Both the position numbers and the translations under genes were made by a program. From the IMG/VR virus record IMGVR_UViG_3300050034_000334: DNA of 64,000 bases; one strand, 5' to 3'. The notes beneath the pieces were generated by a model. That model was not told where the DNA came from. It did no database searches and saw only the letters and a list, made by a program, of their open reading frames with translations. Shown here piece after piece: positions 9,875 to 21,400 of the stretch. Within the stretch, counting starts at the first letter, position 1. Every line of letters starts with the position of its first letter. The stretch comes from a virus (Duplodnaviria; Caudoviricetes).

Positions 9875-12530
9875 TCCTGTTCTTCCACATCCAGTTGAGA
9901 CCGTTGAAGTGAGTGCTACCGGACCAGGGACGATCCGCAACATAATCCAGACTGTCCAAGAGCGTGAAATAGTCAAGACCGCTCCAGATCTGGTGGTGAT
10001 GATTGACGGAGCTTCCTATCTTGAGAACGGATATGTTCATCCTCAGGATGGAAGTACGGCTCCCTATGCTCTTGTACATTTCAACGATCACGTCGTTGGG
10101 TTCAGTGCAGGATATGACACTGATCAGCTAGTGCCTCAGTGTTCAATCAATCTCAGTGTACCAAATGCTCAGAAGTACCTCTACCAGACTATCGGAGGCA
10201 ACAATCTTCTGAAGACCATGGACGAGCTCGTTGTGTTTGCCAAAGGGTACTGGCTTTCTCCCAATGGCAACTCACTCTATCACAGAGTCTTCAAAGGATT
10301 GATCAAGTCGGTTTCCCACACTGACAACGGCAAGACTCTCGACATCACGATTCAGGGAATTGGAATTTTGTACTTCTTGCAACTGATGCACATAGAGTTG
10401 GCTGCCCCGGTGCAGTCTACCGTTGCTTCAGGTGCTGAAGTGATGAACACAAAATATGCTAACCTGAGTCCTTACGAGATGATTGGAGCCACCTTCCGGG
10501 ATATCGATCTTCAGCAAGGATTTCAATCTCCCACTGCAAACTATAACTTTTCTCAGAGTACCAATGCGAATGGTCAGACAGGAGTCACCAACCCTGATGT
10601 GTCTCCTTGGGCAGATGCCATCAACGCTGGATACATATCGAAATGGCAAGCGATACTCACTAATCTTGATCGAGATGTCCATGTGTTCGGACTTCAACCA
10701 CCCAACCCGAAGTCTCCAACCTTGATTCGTATTCCTCCGAGCACTGAACTCACAGAGCAGGCACTGGGTCACACAATGTTTTCAACAGTGGCGGAGAAAA
10801 CTCAAGTTGACAACAACATCTACTTGGACAAAATTCGTGAGCATCTTCCAGAGATGGCAATAGGACACATTGAGATGTCCAATGGAAGAATCACGTCACG
10901 ACTAGACAGACTCCGTTATCTCATCAACATGATCGGTTTTGAGGGATACCAGGACGTCAATGGAGCCGTGATCATCAAGCCTCCTATGTACAACCTGGAT
11001 TGTACTCAACTCTACCTTCCTAACGAGGCTAAGATCGCTCCTCCAGCGGGATCTTCGACGTTCATTTCCAGTCTGACCAACTCTAACAATCCGTTCGTGA
11101 TCTACCTCTCAGAGATCACCAACGAATCTGAAATTGAAGATGAGGCTGGAGTGGTTGCAACTCGCATGATAGTCCAGGGGAGTCTTGAACCTTCTCAGGC
11201 TTTTGTCGATATTGCGGGCGGTATCAAGCCTGCAGGTGAGTTTGTTGACCTGGCAAAACTGTCGAGATTTGGACTTCGTGAGCAACCTCCCCGGCTCTGT
11301 GGATGGGCTCATTACGATGATACGACACTGCTCTTCGCAATCGCTTGCTGGGAACTTCAGAAGGCCAACAAGGCATGGAGGAACTACACTTGCACTATTC
11401 CTCTTCGTCCTGAATTGAAACTGGGATTCCCTGTATTTTTGCCTCACAAGGACATGTATGGCTACGTGAAGAGCATTCAGCACAGCTATCAATACGGAGG
11501 AACTGCCACCACCACAATCACTTTGGATGCGATCAGGAAGAGACCGATGTATCCAGCTTCAACTGTACAGAATTCACAGAACGGAGATGGAGCGACCGGA
11601 CCCACAACATACTACTCAGCACAGCCAAACCTGGTTCACAAGATGACGACCATCGCGGCAAATTCGAATCAGGCCCCGGCTCAGCAGTTGGTAGATGCAG
11701 CCAGTAAAGTGAGTCAGGATCACGAAGTATTTCTTTCCGGAAATCCATCGTCAATCAATACAGCGGCTCTAGACAACAATCATGTCGTGAATCTTTCTGA
11801 TGATCAAGCCAGATTGCAAGCCTACAAAGCGACTCAACTCAGGAATTGGATGGGGTTGCCTTATGACACTCCTGGCAAGAACTATCGTGTTCAGATGGAC
11901 AACTCGTTCGATAAGAAAATGCCTGCAGATGGAGCATACATCACTCTCCTAACAGGGGTGATAGGCACGCCGTCCACTGCTGCAAATTCTGGTGGAACAG
12001 CAGGTGGAACTCCCTCTATAATCCCGTACACAGACAGCACTGGATACGAAGTCATTGCTCCGTTTCCTTGGGGAAGATACACGGGTCTGTGCACTGCTCT
12101 GTATGAGTGTTGCCAGGGATTCAATGTATCGCCGGAACCTGCTTCAGACGGAACTGGTACTCTAAACGCAGTTCAGTCCTTCTTGTTCTCAGGAATTGGA
12201 ACTCCTCCCAACTCGAGCGCAGGAGATAACATGCAATCCGCTGTCTCCACACTAGCTGCATTGGTGAATGATGACTCCATTTTTGAACTCACTTACACCG
12301 ATGCCACCACGGCGGCTGATCAATCCACAAAACAGCAACAGAGTCTAGTATCAGACCTGGAGACATCCATTAATGCCAAGGCTCAACTGATGGTCAGTGG
12401 ATTACCCACCAATTCCAACTTGGTCAAGGTTCTGTCACAAATTGGGAATTCAACTACACAGGTTACTGGATCCTCGATATCTGCTGATTTGAAACAACTG
12501 AACGCGGGATTCAAGAGCTTCACCTCATAG
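9864..12530 (+). CDS. baseplate hub-like protein
   Basis: 888 aa between initiator and spike; VFKGLIKSVS, LRPELKLGFPV and GYVKSIQHSY motifs typical of hub (gp27/late control D-like) folds. Confidence 0.65.
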   Translation: MSSNPVLPHPVETVEVSATGPGTIRNIIQTVQEREIVKTAPDLVVMIDGASYLENGYVHPQDGSTAPYALVHFNDHVVGFSAGYDTDQLVPQCSINLSVPNAQKYLYQTIGGNNLLKTMDELVVFAKGYWLSPNGNSLYHRVFKGLIKSVSHTDNGKTLDITIQGIGILYFLQLMHIELAAPVQSTVASGAEVMNTKYANLSPYEMIGATFRDIDLQQGFQSPTANYNFSQSTNANGQTGVTNPDVSPWADAINAGYISKWQAILTNLDRDVHVFGLQPPNPKSPTLIRIPPSTELTEQALGHTMFSTVAEKTQVDNNIYLDKIREHLPEMAIGHIEMSNGRITSRLDRLRYLINMIGFEGYQDVNGAVIIKPPMYNLDCTQLYLPNEAKIAPPAGSSTFISSLTNSNNPFVIYLSEITNESEIEDEAGVVATRMIVQGSLEPSQAFVDIAGGIKPAGEFVDLAKLSRFGLREQPPRLCGWAHYDDTTLLFAIACWELQKANKAWRNYTCTIPLRPELKLGFPVFLPHKDMYGYVKSIQHSYQYGGTATTTITLDAIRKRPMYPASTVQNSQNGDGATGPTTYYSAQPNLVHKMTTIAANSNQAPAQQLVDAASKVSQDHEVFLSGNPSSINTAALDNNHVVNLSDDQARLQAYKATQLRNWMGLPYDTPGKNYRVQMDNSFDKKMPADGAYITLLTGVIGTPSTAANSGGTAGGTPSIIPYTDSTGYEVIAPFPWGRYTGLCTALYECCQGFNVSPEPASDGTGTLNAVQSFLFSGIGTPPNSSAGDNMQSAVSTLAALVNDDSIFELTYTDATTAADQSTKQQQSLVSDLETSINAKAQLMVSGLPTNSNLVKVLSQIGNSTTQVTGSSISADLKQLNAGFKSFTS

Positions 12531-12537
12531 GAGATCG

Positions 12538-14835
12538 ATGCCTGAATTCTTCACAACCTATCCTGTCGGTTCACTTGAGACAACTCAGGCGCAGGACGAA
12601 TTTCAGCTATTTACAGCAAGAGTCATGTCAGTTGACCACGAGAGGATCACGTGTTCTCTCAAGGATGAACGCAACGGAGCAGTCTACCAGGAAGTGAACA
12701 TCTTTCCGGCGAACTCATCCTCGACGACATCAACAGACGTGAATCTCCCTGAAATTGGAACCAAGTGCATGTGTGCAAACATCACATACACCAAGGGAGT
12801 GGTCAGAATTGCTATCATCGCCTATGTGGTTTCTGACACCCTGCAGGGAGTGAATGCTGTTGCTACGAGAGGTCCTCAAGAGGTCCCTGGATACTCCACC
12901 AGGACTCGTTCTCTCTATCGCAAAGCCTATCCTGGCCAGAAGACGGTCAACACGAGTGGCGGATATACCGAGAAAACTGATGGAGGCTGGGACAAAACCA
13001 CTGCAGATCTGAGCAGGGACAAGTTAGACCCACACAGTCGAACTTGGTCACAATCGACGTCAGCCCTTGTGAGATACACTGACAGTGGCCTTCACGTGGC
13101 TGGTCCGGTGAGTCGCCCAGGCGCGGCAACGGTGTCTCCTCGCATTCTCCCAGATGGATCGTCGGAGAACATCGTCTATCTCCAACCAAACAGCAAACTC
13201 GCCAGCCGATACACGAGTGGATCTCAGGATATCACTCCCTTGGTGGAAGCTCGTGAGATGGTTCAGGAGTTCGCTCTAGACTATCCGGTTCCCATCGAGG
13301 TTCTCAACACGAGCCTCATGGACCAGATTCTGGGGACTACTGCCAATCTCTGGGAAAGAACCAAGATTGTTCAGAAGGGCAATGTATCCAATGATGACCA
13401 GGCAATCGCAATCAGTCAGACATGGGATCATCCAACTGATGTGAATGCTAAACCTGTCGGCCCAACTACGAGTGATGGTCCAACTCCTCGTCGTCGTGGA
13501 TACATTATGGAGAGGGTGGCAGGTACACTGGTTGGTTACAACCAGTTCGACAAAGCCAACTATGGACAGGTTCTCAAACCATATCTCTTCAAGGATAGAT
13601 TCTCGAATGATGTAGCCTCCGGATACAACGTGGTTGCAGCCAGCAACGATCACTCCGAGACCCGGCTCGCGGCCTCAGCCCTTGCTGTTCGCTTTCCTCA
13701 TGAGTACAACACTACTCGTTGGGATGTAACCAAAGAAGGATCGATGAGTTTCGAGATCGGATCTACCATCCCCAAGGAGAATATCCTCTACGACGGTGGA
13801 TCCTACGAGAATCCTCTTGGTGCAGGTCGTTCAGTCGAAGGTCACCTAGTTGGAAGTTTGAAGATGGTCGTGGGGAAGAACCGTGATCAGGAAGACTCCA
13901 TCGATCTGACAGCCCTGGGCCAGACAGTCTTTCGGTTTGGTGCTGATGACACTTCACTTCCCAATGTTCGTCGGACAGTCTTCACTCAGAATCGCGGTCA
14001 GAACGACGCTTCTCTTGCTCGTACACTTCAGTACTGGACTCATCCGAAGACAGGACTTGGAGACGCTGGGAGTCTGACCAACAAGACTGCGATGGAGAAT
14101 GTCTCGCTTCGGGCGGCCATGGATGGCGGCACCATCATCAGATTTGGAGCCAGAAATCCTGGAGTTTTGCGCAAGCATTTGATGAACGGATACAGTGATG
14201 GTCCTGGAATTCACGAAGTGGCTCCTGGGGATCCATCACGCCAGGATAGCAAGACGAGCGGTCGTCCTACCTATGGATCCGGAGACACAAAGTACTCCTT
14301 CCATGATCTAACTCAGGCCGGTGCTCCCATCGTCAAGATGCTCCCCTACAACTGGAGTGGTTCTCCTATTTCCACGAGCATGGATCGTCATGGCCTTTCA
14401 ATCGACTTTCACACCGTTCGTGATGTTCTATTGAGAATAGGAGCCAACCCCGACACCAATCAATCTCTGCTGATGGATCTTGCTGGAGGACTGGCAGGCT
14501 GGTTTGGCAAGGATAATCAAGGTCGTTCAGTGACAGCCACCTTGGATGGTGGGGCTGAATTGGTAATCGGACCTAACAATCAGCAGAAGGGTCTCCGGAT
14601 GGAGATAACTGGTGACGTGGATTGGACGATAAAGGGGAACTTCCACATGCTGGTGACTGGCGATACAGTATGGGAATCCACTACACATCGCCATAATGTC
14701 AAGACTGATTATATCATCGCTGCCCAGAACATTACGGAGAAGGCTATGGTGAGGCATACTACTGAATCTGTGGATGTTATCCACAACCAGGGTCTTTATC
14801 AGAGTGATGAAAACTCTCTGAATCTGATTCCATGA
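12538..14835 (+). CDS. baseplate central spike (gp5/VgrG-like)
   Basis: N-terminal OB-fold-like ARVMSVD...LPEIGTKC; C-terminal beta-helix-like repeats (SVEGHLVGSLKMVVG, SLRAAMDGGTIIRFG, SVTATLDGGAELVIG, LRMEITGDVDWTIKG). Confidence 0.7.
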   Translation: MPEFFTTYPVGSLETTQAQDEFQLFTARVMSVDHERITCSLKDERNGAVYQEVNIFPANSSSTTSTDVNLPEIGTKCMCANITYTKGVVRIAIIAYVVSDTLQGVNAVATRGPQEVPGYSTRTRSLYRKAYPGQKTVNTSGGYTEKTDGGWDKTTADLSRDKLDPHSRTWSQSTSALVRYTDSGLHVAGPVSRPGAATVSPRILPDGSSENIVYLQPNSKLASRYTSGSQDITPLVEAREMVQEFALDYPVPIEVLNTSLMDQILGTTANLWERTKIVQKGNVSNDDQAIAISQTWDHPTDVNAKPVGPTTSDGPTPRRRGYIMERVAGTLVGYNQFDKANYGQVLKPYLFKDRFSNDVASGYNVVAASNDHSETRLAASALAVRFPHEYNTTRWDVTKEGSMSFEIGSTIPKENILYDGGSYENPLGAGRSVEGHLVGSLKMVVGKNRDQEDSIDLTALGQTVFRFGADDTSLPNVRRTVFTQNRGQNDASLARTLQYWTHPKTGLGDAGSLTNKTAMENVSLRAAMDGGTIIRFGARNPGVLRKHLMNGYSDGPGIHEVAPGDPSRQDSKTSGRPTYGSGDTKYSFHDLTQAGAPIVKMLPYNWSGSPISTSMDRHGLSIDFHTVRDVLLRIGANPDTNQSLLMDLAGGLAGWFGKDNQGRSVTATLDGGAELVIGPNNQQKGLRMEITGDVDWTIKGNFHMLVTGDTVWESTTHRHNVKTDYIIAAQNITEKAMVRHTTESVDVIHNQGLYQSDENSLNLIP

Positions 14836-14876
14836 AGAAGTTTCAGGGCAAGCAATTTACCTAGAGGTACTTTAAT

Positions 14877-17800
14877 ATGGGAAGCATCACAAATCCGATT
14901 GTTCAAGCCATCACCACTGCGACAGGGAGACTCTCCAGCCTCGTCAACGCAGGTGCGGCTCTTATCAATTCAGGGCCAGCCGGTAGCATCAATGCAGCAG
15001 GCAATCCTGGTCAAGAGAACTGGTACATCCAAGCCAAGGGAGGAATCAACCGGCTCAATGTTCTCAACAGTCACAAAGTCAACGAATACTACACCAAATC
15101 CTTGGAACAAGGTCGCCTCCTGGAAAACAGCATTGGGGATTCCATGGTTTGGATTCAGGAGAAGAAGAAACAGCTTGATGCCAGGATACTTCATCTGATG
15201 CACATGACCACTCTCGGAACGGATGGTCAACTCCCTACTGCTGCTCGGAAACCAAAGTATATCGTCGACTGTATCAAGTTCATGAAGGAAGTTCAGAAAG
15301 TGATGGGAGAAATATCTGGTCTCGTCACTGCTCTAGAGAAGGATCTCACTACTTTGGTGATGATTGAGAAGAACGTCTTGGGAATGATCCAGGCTTGCCT
15401 CAATATGTTGTCGTCTCTGCTGGCAAACATCTGTAACTGGGGTCTTCCTAAACTCCCTTCGATTCCCTTCATCGTCGGAGACACAATGTGGCGCTTCAAT
15501 GGATTTGGAACTGCTTTGAACCAGTTGATGGCCAAACCTAACCTCTCCTTCAACTTCTCGTTCTCTCAGTGCAATATTACTCCTGCAAATTTGAACATTT
15601 TCAGCAACATTCCGACCAGCATTGCCACGGCCATTCCAAGCTCAGCTATTGGAGCCACTCCGGTCTATATTCCTCCTCTAGACGGTTTGGTTCTCCTGCC
15701 CACAGTTCCAGCCTCTGATCCGGTTTTGTCAACTGTCACGGATACTCCCATATTCAACTCAACATTCGATCCGTTCAATCAGATGCTGGGGAGCGTACCA
15801 GATCCTGTCACTATTGTCAGCAATTACTTGATGCCACCAGATGTTTATCAGAAAAACATCGTGAGTATTGCCCCGGCTCTCAGATCCTTGGTTCTTCCAG
15901 TGGGAGTTGCTCCCACATTGGCAGACATGAACGCTTTGAAGATGGCTCTTAGGCTCAATGTCAATCTGGATTCTTTGGTAGACAGTAACTTTGATCCCTA
16001 CCTGACATCAGCATGGCTCTATGAGCTCAATCTCAATCGACAGGTGATGACTCAAGGACGCGGTGGTCAGTGGATTGCCAACTACCAGGCTATCTACGAT
16101 CAGTATATCCAGCCTTCAGTTGACATTCTGACAAGCACGCCAATTCCTTGGAACAATTTGAACGCACTTGGAATCAACGATCTTCCCACGATTCCTTTGA
16201 TTCCAATTTTGAAGGCTGATTCAACTCGTAACCTAGCTTGGAAATTGTCGTATGTCGAGGCAGCCATCCTTGGCTATCCCAGGACTACCACGTTTGAACA
16301 GGGTCAGGATTCCACATACGTGTCTTCGTTCACCGGCTCAGACCTCGATTACAAGTCAACTCCAGTCGATATGACAGTGGTTTCTACCTACACTCTTGGT
16401 GTTGGGACAGCGGACTATCCAGTCGTAATCTCATATCCGACCAGCATGAACAACGCGCTGATGGATGTGGTGTCGACAGCTGCTACTAGCATCGCAAACA
16501 GTCCGTCATGGCAGTCTTCACATCCCCAGTTCCGATACATCTATAACCAGTTCGCCCAGGCGGCACTGGTAGACAGGTATTCTCAGTTCTGGAGGGAATT
16601 CCGTTCAAACTTGTCTATGTTCTTAACTCAGAATATCGGTCTTATTCAGGAGGTCGTGAGTTATCCGGCGGCTCTCGATTCAGCCATTGATCCTTTGGGA
16701 TCCAACACGATTTACAACACGATGGAAGCCGACTTTCTGTCGAAGAATCAGAACTGGGTGCCAGGTTCCATTCTACTTCCGATTCCAAACGAATTATTTC
16801 TTCCTCAACTTGACAACACTCCTCCTAGTGACACACCTGGATGGAGTGGTGGACTCTTTGATGCTGCAACGTTCTTGGCACGTCCGGATATTCAATCGCA
16901 ATCGATTCCTGTTCAAATGGCAATGCTCCGCACCAACCAGAGCTATGCAAGTCTGATGACCTTCCAGAACAATTTCCAGTCGGCGATTTCAGCAGCAGTG
17001 ACAGCAGCAACCGCTATGATCAGCACTGTTCAGAATTCCGGAGCTCACGTTCTGACAACAATCGACGAACTGGTTCCTACTTCAGCAGGACTGGGAGGAG
17101 TTCCAGTTATTTTTCAGACAGTGGATTACGACAACGGTGGCTTCCTTGAAAATCCAGACACAATAGTCATCAATCAGGGCGGAAGTTATCTCGTCAGCGG
17201 AGATCTGGATTGGGGATCAACCTCTGCTTTGGCCAATCTTGGCTATATGCTCATGCTCAATGGGTCTACAGTCTTGGGCACTGAGACGTTATCGACTGAT
17301 TCAACCGATCCTCAAACTGAAGTCTTTTCCTTGACCTACAACTTCAACACTGGAGATACTATTCAACTGCTTGCATTTTCAAGTGAAGATGTAGAACTTC
17401 AATCAGGAACAGACTTAACGATTACGGTCAATACCAGTCCAGATACAACTAACTCCTTGCCAGTTTCGGTTCCTCCCACGGGTACCATGATGCTCACAGC
17501 CGAAGTCAACCTTGTGGCAGGACAAGCGGTTTCGGTAGACTCAAGTGGTAAAGTTACACCAGTACTTCCCACTCTTGTGGCATTACCTCAAGTTGCCGGA
17601 GAATTTTGTATTCCTTATGTAGACGGTATTGCTCTAGAGTCAGCCACAGCAGGTTCCACAGCTACAGTTGCGAATGCGTATGGTACTACATTTACAGTTT
17701 CTGGAGCATCCTTTACTGTGGGGGGAATCATCTATGTGGCTCACGATGGATCTATGACTCAAGACTATGCAGGAGAAGTTTTAACTAACTGTGATTGGAC

Positions 17801-17906
17801 TGTTGTACTTGGGAAAGCTCTCACTTCAGACACTTTGCTGTTTCAGCCACATCTACCCTATTCACGGTGGGATGCTGGAACATATTCAAATCCAGTATCG
17901 GAATAG
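14877..17906 (+). CDS. large virion protein with C1q/TNF-like and capsid-cement-like C-terminal domains
   Basis: 1009 aa; VIFQTVDYDNGG...GSYLVSG...LMLNG...GDTIQL (C1q-like); AGQAVSVDSSG...GIALESATAG...IYVAHDG...LGKA (DUF2190-like). Confidence 0.5.
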   Translation: MGSITNPIVQAITTATGRLSSLVNAGAALINSGPAGSINAAGNPGQENWYIQAKGGINRLNVLNSHKVNEYYTKSLEQGRLLENSIGDSMVWIQEKKKQLDARILHLMHMTTLGTDGQLPTAARKPKYIVDCIKFMKEVQKVMGEISGLVTALEKDLTTLVMIEKNVLGMIQACLNMLSSLLANICNWGLPKLPSIPFIVGDTMWRFNGFGTALNQLMAKPNLSFNFSFSQCNITPANLNIFSNIPTSIATAIPSSAIGATPVYIPPLDGLVLLPTVPASDPVLSTVTDTPIFNSTFDPFNQMLGSVPDPVTIVSNYLMPPDVYQKNIVSIAPALRSLVLPVGVAPTLADMNALKMALRLNVNLDSLVDSNFDPYLTSAWLYELNLNRQVMTQGRGGQWIANYQAIYDQYIQPSVDILTSTPIPWNNLNALGINDLPTIPLIPILKADSTRNLAWKLSYVEAAILGYPRTTTFEQGQDSTYVSSFTGSDLDYKSTPVDMTVVSTYTLGVGTADYPVVISYPTSMNNALMDVVSTAATSIANSPSWQSSHPQFRYIYNQFAQAALVDRYSQFWREFRSNLSMFLTQNIGLIQEVVSYPAALDSAIDPLGSNTIYNTMEADFLSKNQNWVPGSILLPIPNELFLPQLDNTPPSDTPGWSGGLFDAATFLARPDIQSQSIPVQMAMLRTNQSYASLMTFQNNFQSAISAAVTAATAMISTVQNSGAHVLTTIDELVPTSAGLGGVPVIFQTVDYDNGGFLENPDTIVINQGGSYLVSGDLDWGSTSALANLGYMLMLNGSTVLGTETLSTDSTDPQTEVFSLTYNFNTGDTIQLLAFSSEDVELQSGTDLTITVNTSPDTTNSLPVSVPPTGTMMLTAEVNLVAGQAVSVDSSGKVTPVLPTLVALPQVAGEFCIPYVDGIALESATAGSTATVANAYGTTFTVSGASFTVGGIIYVAHDGSMTQDYAGEVLTNCDWTVVLGKALTSDTLLFQPHLPYSRWDAGTYSNPVSE

Positions 17907-17912
17907 GAAGAT

Positions 17913-18317
17913 ATGAGATACGAATTCCAATGTGTTGAATGCAGCACGATTCAAGAAGTTGTCTGTCCGATGTCCAAGGCCAACTTTGACGATCGCGTGT
18001 GTCCGAAATGCGGAGGGGTTGCCAAACACAAACTTGGAGCACCAGCTGTGCTGACTGCCAATATGACACATCAGACTATTGATGTCGCAGTTGGTAGAGA
18101 TGCCAATGCCAGGTGGGACGATATTCATAGAAGACAAGAACTTCGAGAGAAGGTCCGTACGGAATCCAAGACCCAGGGTGTCTCTCTTACTGGACGAAAC
18201 GAGTTCCAACCCCTGTCTGACTTAAAAAAGACGATCCGTACTGATACCAACAAGCAACTACAGACTAAAGGATACGAGAGCCTCTCTGAAGGGGATGCTC
18301 GTCTCATAAAGCGATAG
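17913..18317 (+). CDS. FmdB-family zinc-ribbon protein
   Basis: MRYEFQCVEC...CPKCGG pattern at the N-terminus. Confidence 0.8.
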   Translation: MRYEFQCVECSTIQEVVCPMSKANFDDRVCPKCGGVAKHKLGAPAVLTANMTHQTIDVAVGRDANARWDDIHRRQELREKVRTESKTQGVSLTGRNEFQPLSDLKKTIRTDTNKQLQTKGYESLSEGDARLIKR

Positions 18318-18424
18318 TGAACTTCTCTTTTTGATTGTTGAGAAAGGATATCAAAACCAAAAAGAGAATTCCTTTGTTCTTTATAGAGACGCTAAGCAAC
18401 CCGAGTCTTCAGGGAGAAATCAAA

Positions 18425-21400
18425 ATGGCTCTTTTCGACCAGTACACAAAGCCCGGTGTTTATACAGACGTGAAGATTGTGAATGCGGGCACTCCGCTTT
18501 TCGGCACGGCTCGTGTCCCGGTGCTCATCGGAGAAGGTGTTCAGTCCTTCACGTACTCCGATGTCGAAATTCCTCGCGGGTCTGTGGCGGGTGGCAATGA
18601 GTCGGTGGTTGGCGAGGACATTTCATCTCAAGCCAATGGAATCACCACTGTATTCCAGCTTTCCTACTACCCGGTTGTGACTGGCGACGGAACCGACACA
18701 GTTTCCACCAATCCTGCTGATATCACGGTCTCGGCCAACGGAATCCAGTGTGCAGTTGCTGCTTTGAACGGCGCTCTTGGCCAGTTCACCTGCTACGAGA
18801 TCCCTGCCGGCTCAGATGTGGTGGTCAACTATTCCTTCGATCGCACCGATACACTGATCACCAACGAGAATCTGACCAACCAGATTCCCACCTTCGCTTC
18901 CCTGACTCTCCAGACTCTCGCCCTGTCTCTTTCGGTTCCTGGGGCGACAGGCAATGAAGTGACTTTGGCCTTCACCCTGGCTTCTTCAATGAATGGAGTT
19001 GCTGACGTTGCAGCGGTCACGGTCAATGGCAATGCAGTGAGTGTGGAACTTCGGAACAACGACATTGGCAACACCATTCGCACCGTGGGCAAAGTGGCTT
19101 CTCTGCTCAACAATGTTCTGACTCTGTCGGCAGGGTATATCCTGGTCGCTTCTGCTTCTACCACACCGGCAACTGCTGTCTCAGCCACTCCTTTTGTTGG
19201 TGGAACTGGTCAGAGCACCAACACGACTTTCTCCGTATCTCACCTTCCCATCACCGACGGATCGAACGCTGGAGCCGCAACCACTACTCCTTCCGATGTG
19301 ACGGTTTTGGTGAACGGCACAGCAGCTTCAGTCACGGCAGTCAATGGAGCAGCAGGACAGTTCACTCTGGCAACAGGCGTCACCACTGGCCAGACTCTGG
19401 AAGTCTCCTACTACACCAACACCTACCAGAGAACCTTCGACGTCATTCCTTCTCCGAATGTCAGTTCGATCATTGAAGTGGGCCTTGGTCCCGACAGATC
19501 TGACTATATTCAGGGAATTGACTACGTCCTCAGTGGCAACACCATCTCCTGGGGAGCAGCGGTCACCACAGAACAGGGAGCAGTGATCGGCACAACCGCT
19601 CCTTTCAACGGTCTCTACATCATCACGACCTTGAAGGACGATCATGCGTATCTTCGTAAGGTAACTGGTGGAATCAGCAACAGCGTCAACCTGAGCTTCA
19701 CTCTGGCTGACGTGCCGGTTGATGGATCTGGTCTGGGCAATCCGACCAATGACCCTTCTCTGATCAAGGTGTACGTGGGAACGGATCCGATCGCGGCTTT
19801 CACTTCAGGAGTTGTGACGGTTTCGAGCCTTCGTGGAGATTCGGCGACGGTGGTTCTCAAGAATCCTCCGGCAATCGGATCTTTCGTGTATGCTTCTTAC
19901 TATCGCTCTGTGCTGAACGATCACACCCTTTCACTGACGGCCACGAATCCGGCTGCTAGTGGATACATCATCACTGACGAAAACGGCATCGTTGTTCCGA
20001 CAGCCCAGATCACTACGATCATGACTGGCGGCGGTATAACCCCGGCTTCTGAAAGCACCACGATGGTCTGGCCTTACAGCTTCTCCGATCTCAAGGCAGC
20101 GATCGAAGGACCGAACGAAGTTGTGACTCTCACCTTCCAGAATGACAGCCTGTACCAGAACACGGTTCCTGGAACTCAGGCTGGCGCCACTATCCAGCAC
20201 CTGGTCCTGCAGGCCACAACAATTGGCGTCAATGTTACCACCAATGTCTCTTTCGTGGCAGGAGCACCAGTGGCGGACAGTCTTGCCGTGACTGTAACTG
20301 GAGAAGCGATTTCGGTGAACATCACCACTTCTATCTCCGGTGTTCGCACCATGGGAGACATTCTCACCATTTTCGACACCTATCCAGTTTCCACTACTCT
20401 GGCTGGTGTCGTTCTTGCTACTCTTTCCAGCACGTACACCGCAACCCCGGCAACGGCAGCTGGTCCGATCAGTTTCAGTGGAGGCACCGCCACCACTGGA
20501 ACCAATCCATACGCGGATCGCTTCATCGTGACTTCTACTCTATCCAGTGGTTCTGCTGGCACTGGCTACGTGGGACAGACCTATGTCGATGCCAGAACAG
20601 GACTGAAGTTCACTCTGGTTCCGATGTTTCCATCCACTGCTGCTCTCAGCTATGGATACACTTCTGCTCCATCTGGATACATCTGGGAGCCTGCTGACAC
20701 AATTGCCATCACGGTGTCTAACGCAACAACTCGCCATGCTTCACAGATTCCCACCATCGACGTTCCGGGAGTCTGGACTGAAGTCGAGCAGTTCTTCAAT
20801 GTGGGCACCGGCAACACGGCCATCATCACGACCTTCAATGGATCTGGCAATGGACCTTCGGTGGGTGAGTACTACTACATCACCTACACGGTCGCAAAGC
20901 AGGCCAGCGACTACGCTCTGAAGTTGTACACCAGCGCGGCGGATGCCTATGCGGCATACGGACAGCCTTCTGCTATCAACCGTCTGTCCTTGGGCATCTA
21001 TCTCGCAACTCTCAATGGTGCTCAGACCTTTGGTTGCATCCAGGTCCCACAGCAGCTTAACTCGAACCAGGCCGCCGATTCCGAGTACATCGCGGCTTTG
21101 CAGACTTTGACCACAACTCTACCAGGAAGCGATTCCAAGGTCAACGTGATCGTGCCTCTCAGCACTTCGCTGACGGTACAGCAGGCACTTTCTCGCCAGC
21201 TGATCACCCAGGCTCAGATTCGCAATCGTGGAGAGGCAATCGGATTCGTGGGCTTCAATCAGTTCACCACTCCGACTCTGGCTCGCCAGTATGCTCGGTC
21301 TCTCGCCAATTCCCGCGTTGTCGCGGTGGCTCCATTCTACGCAGCCGTGCAGCTTCCCACGCAGGATGCCAACGGAGTCTTCGAAGTCATCGGTGTGACG

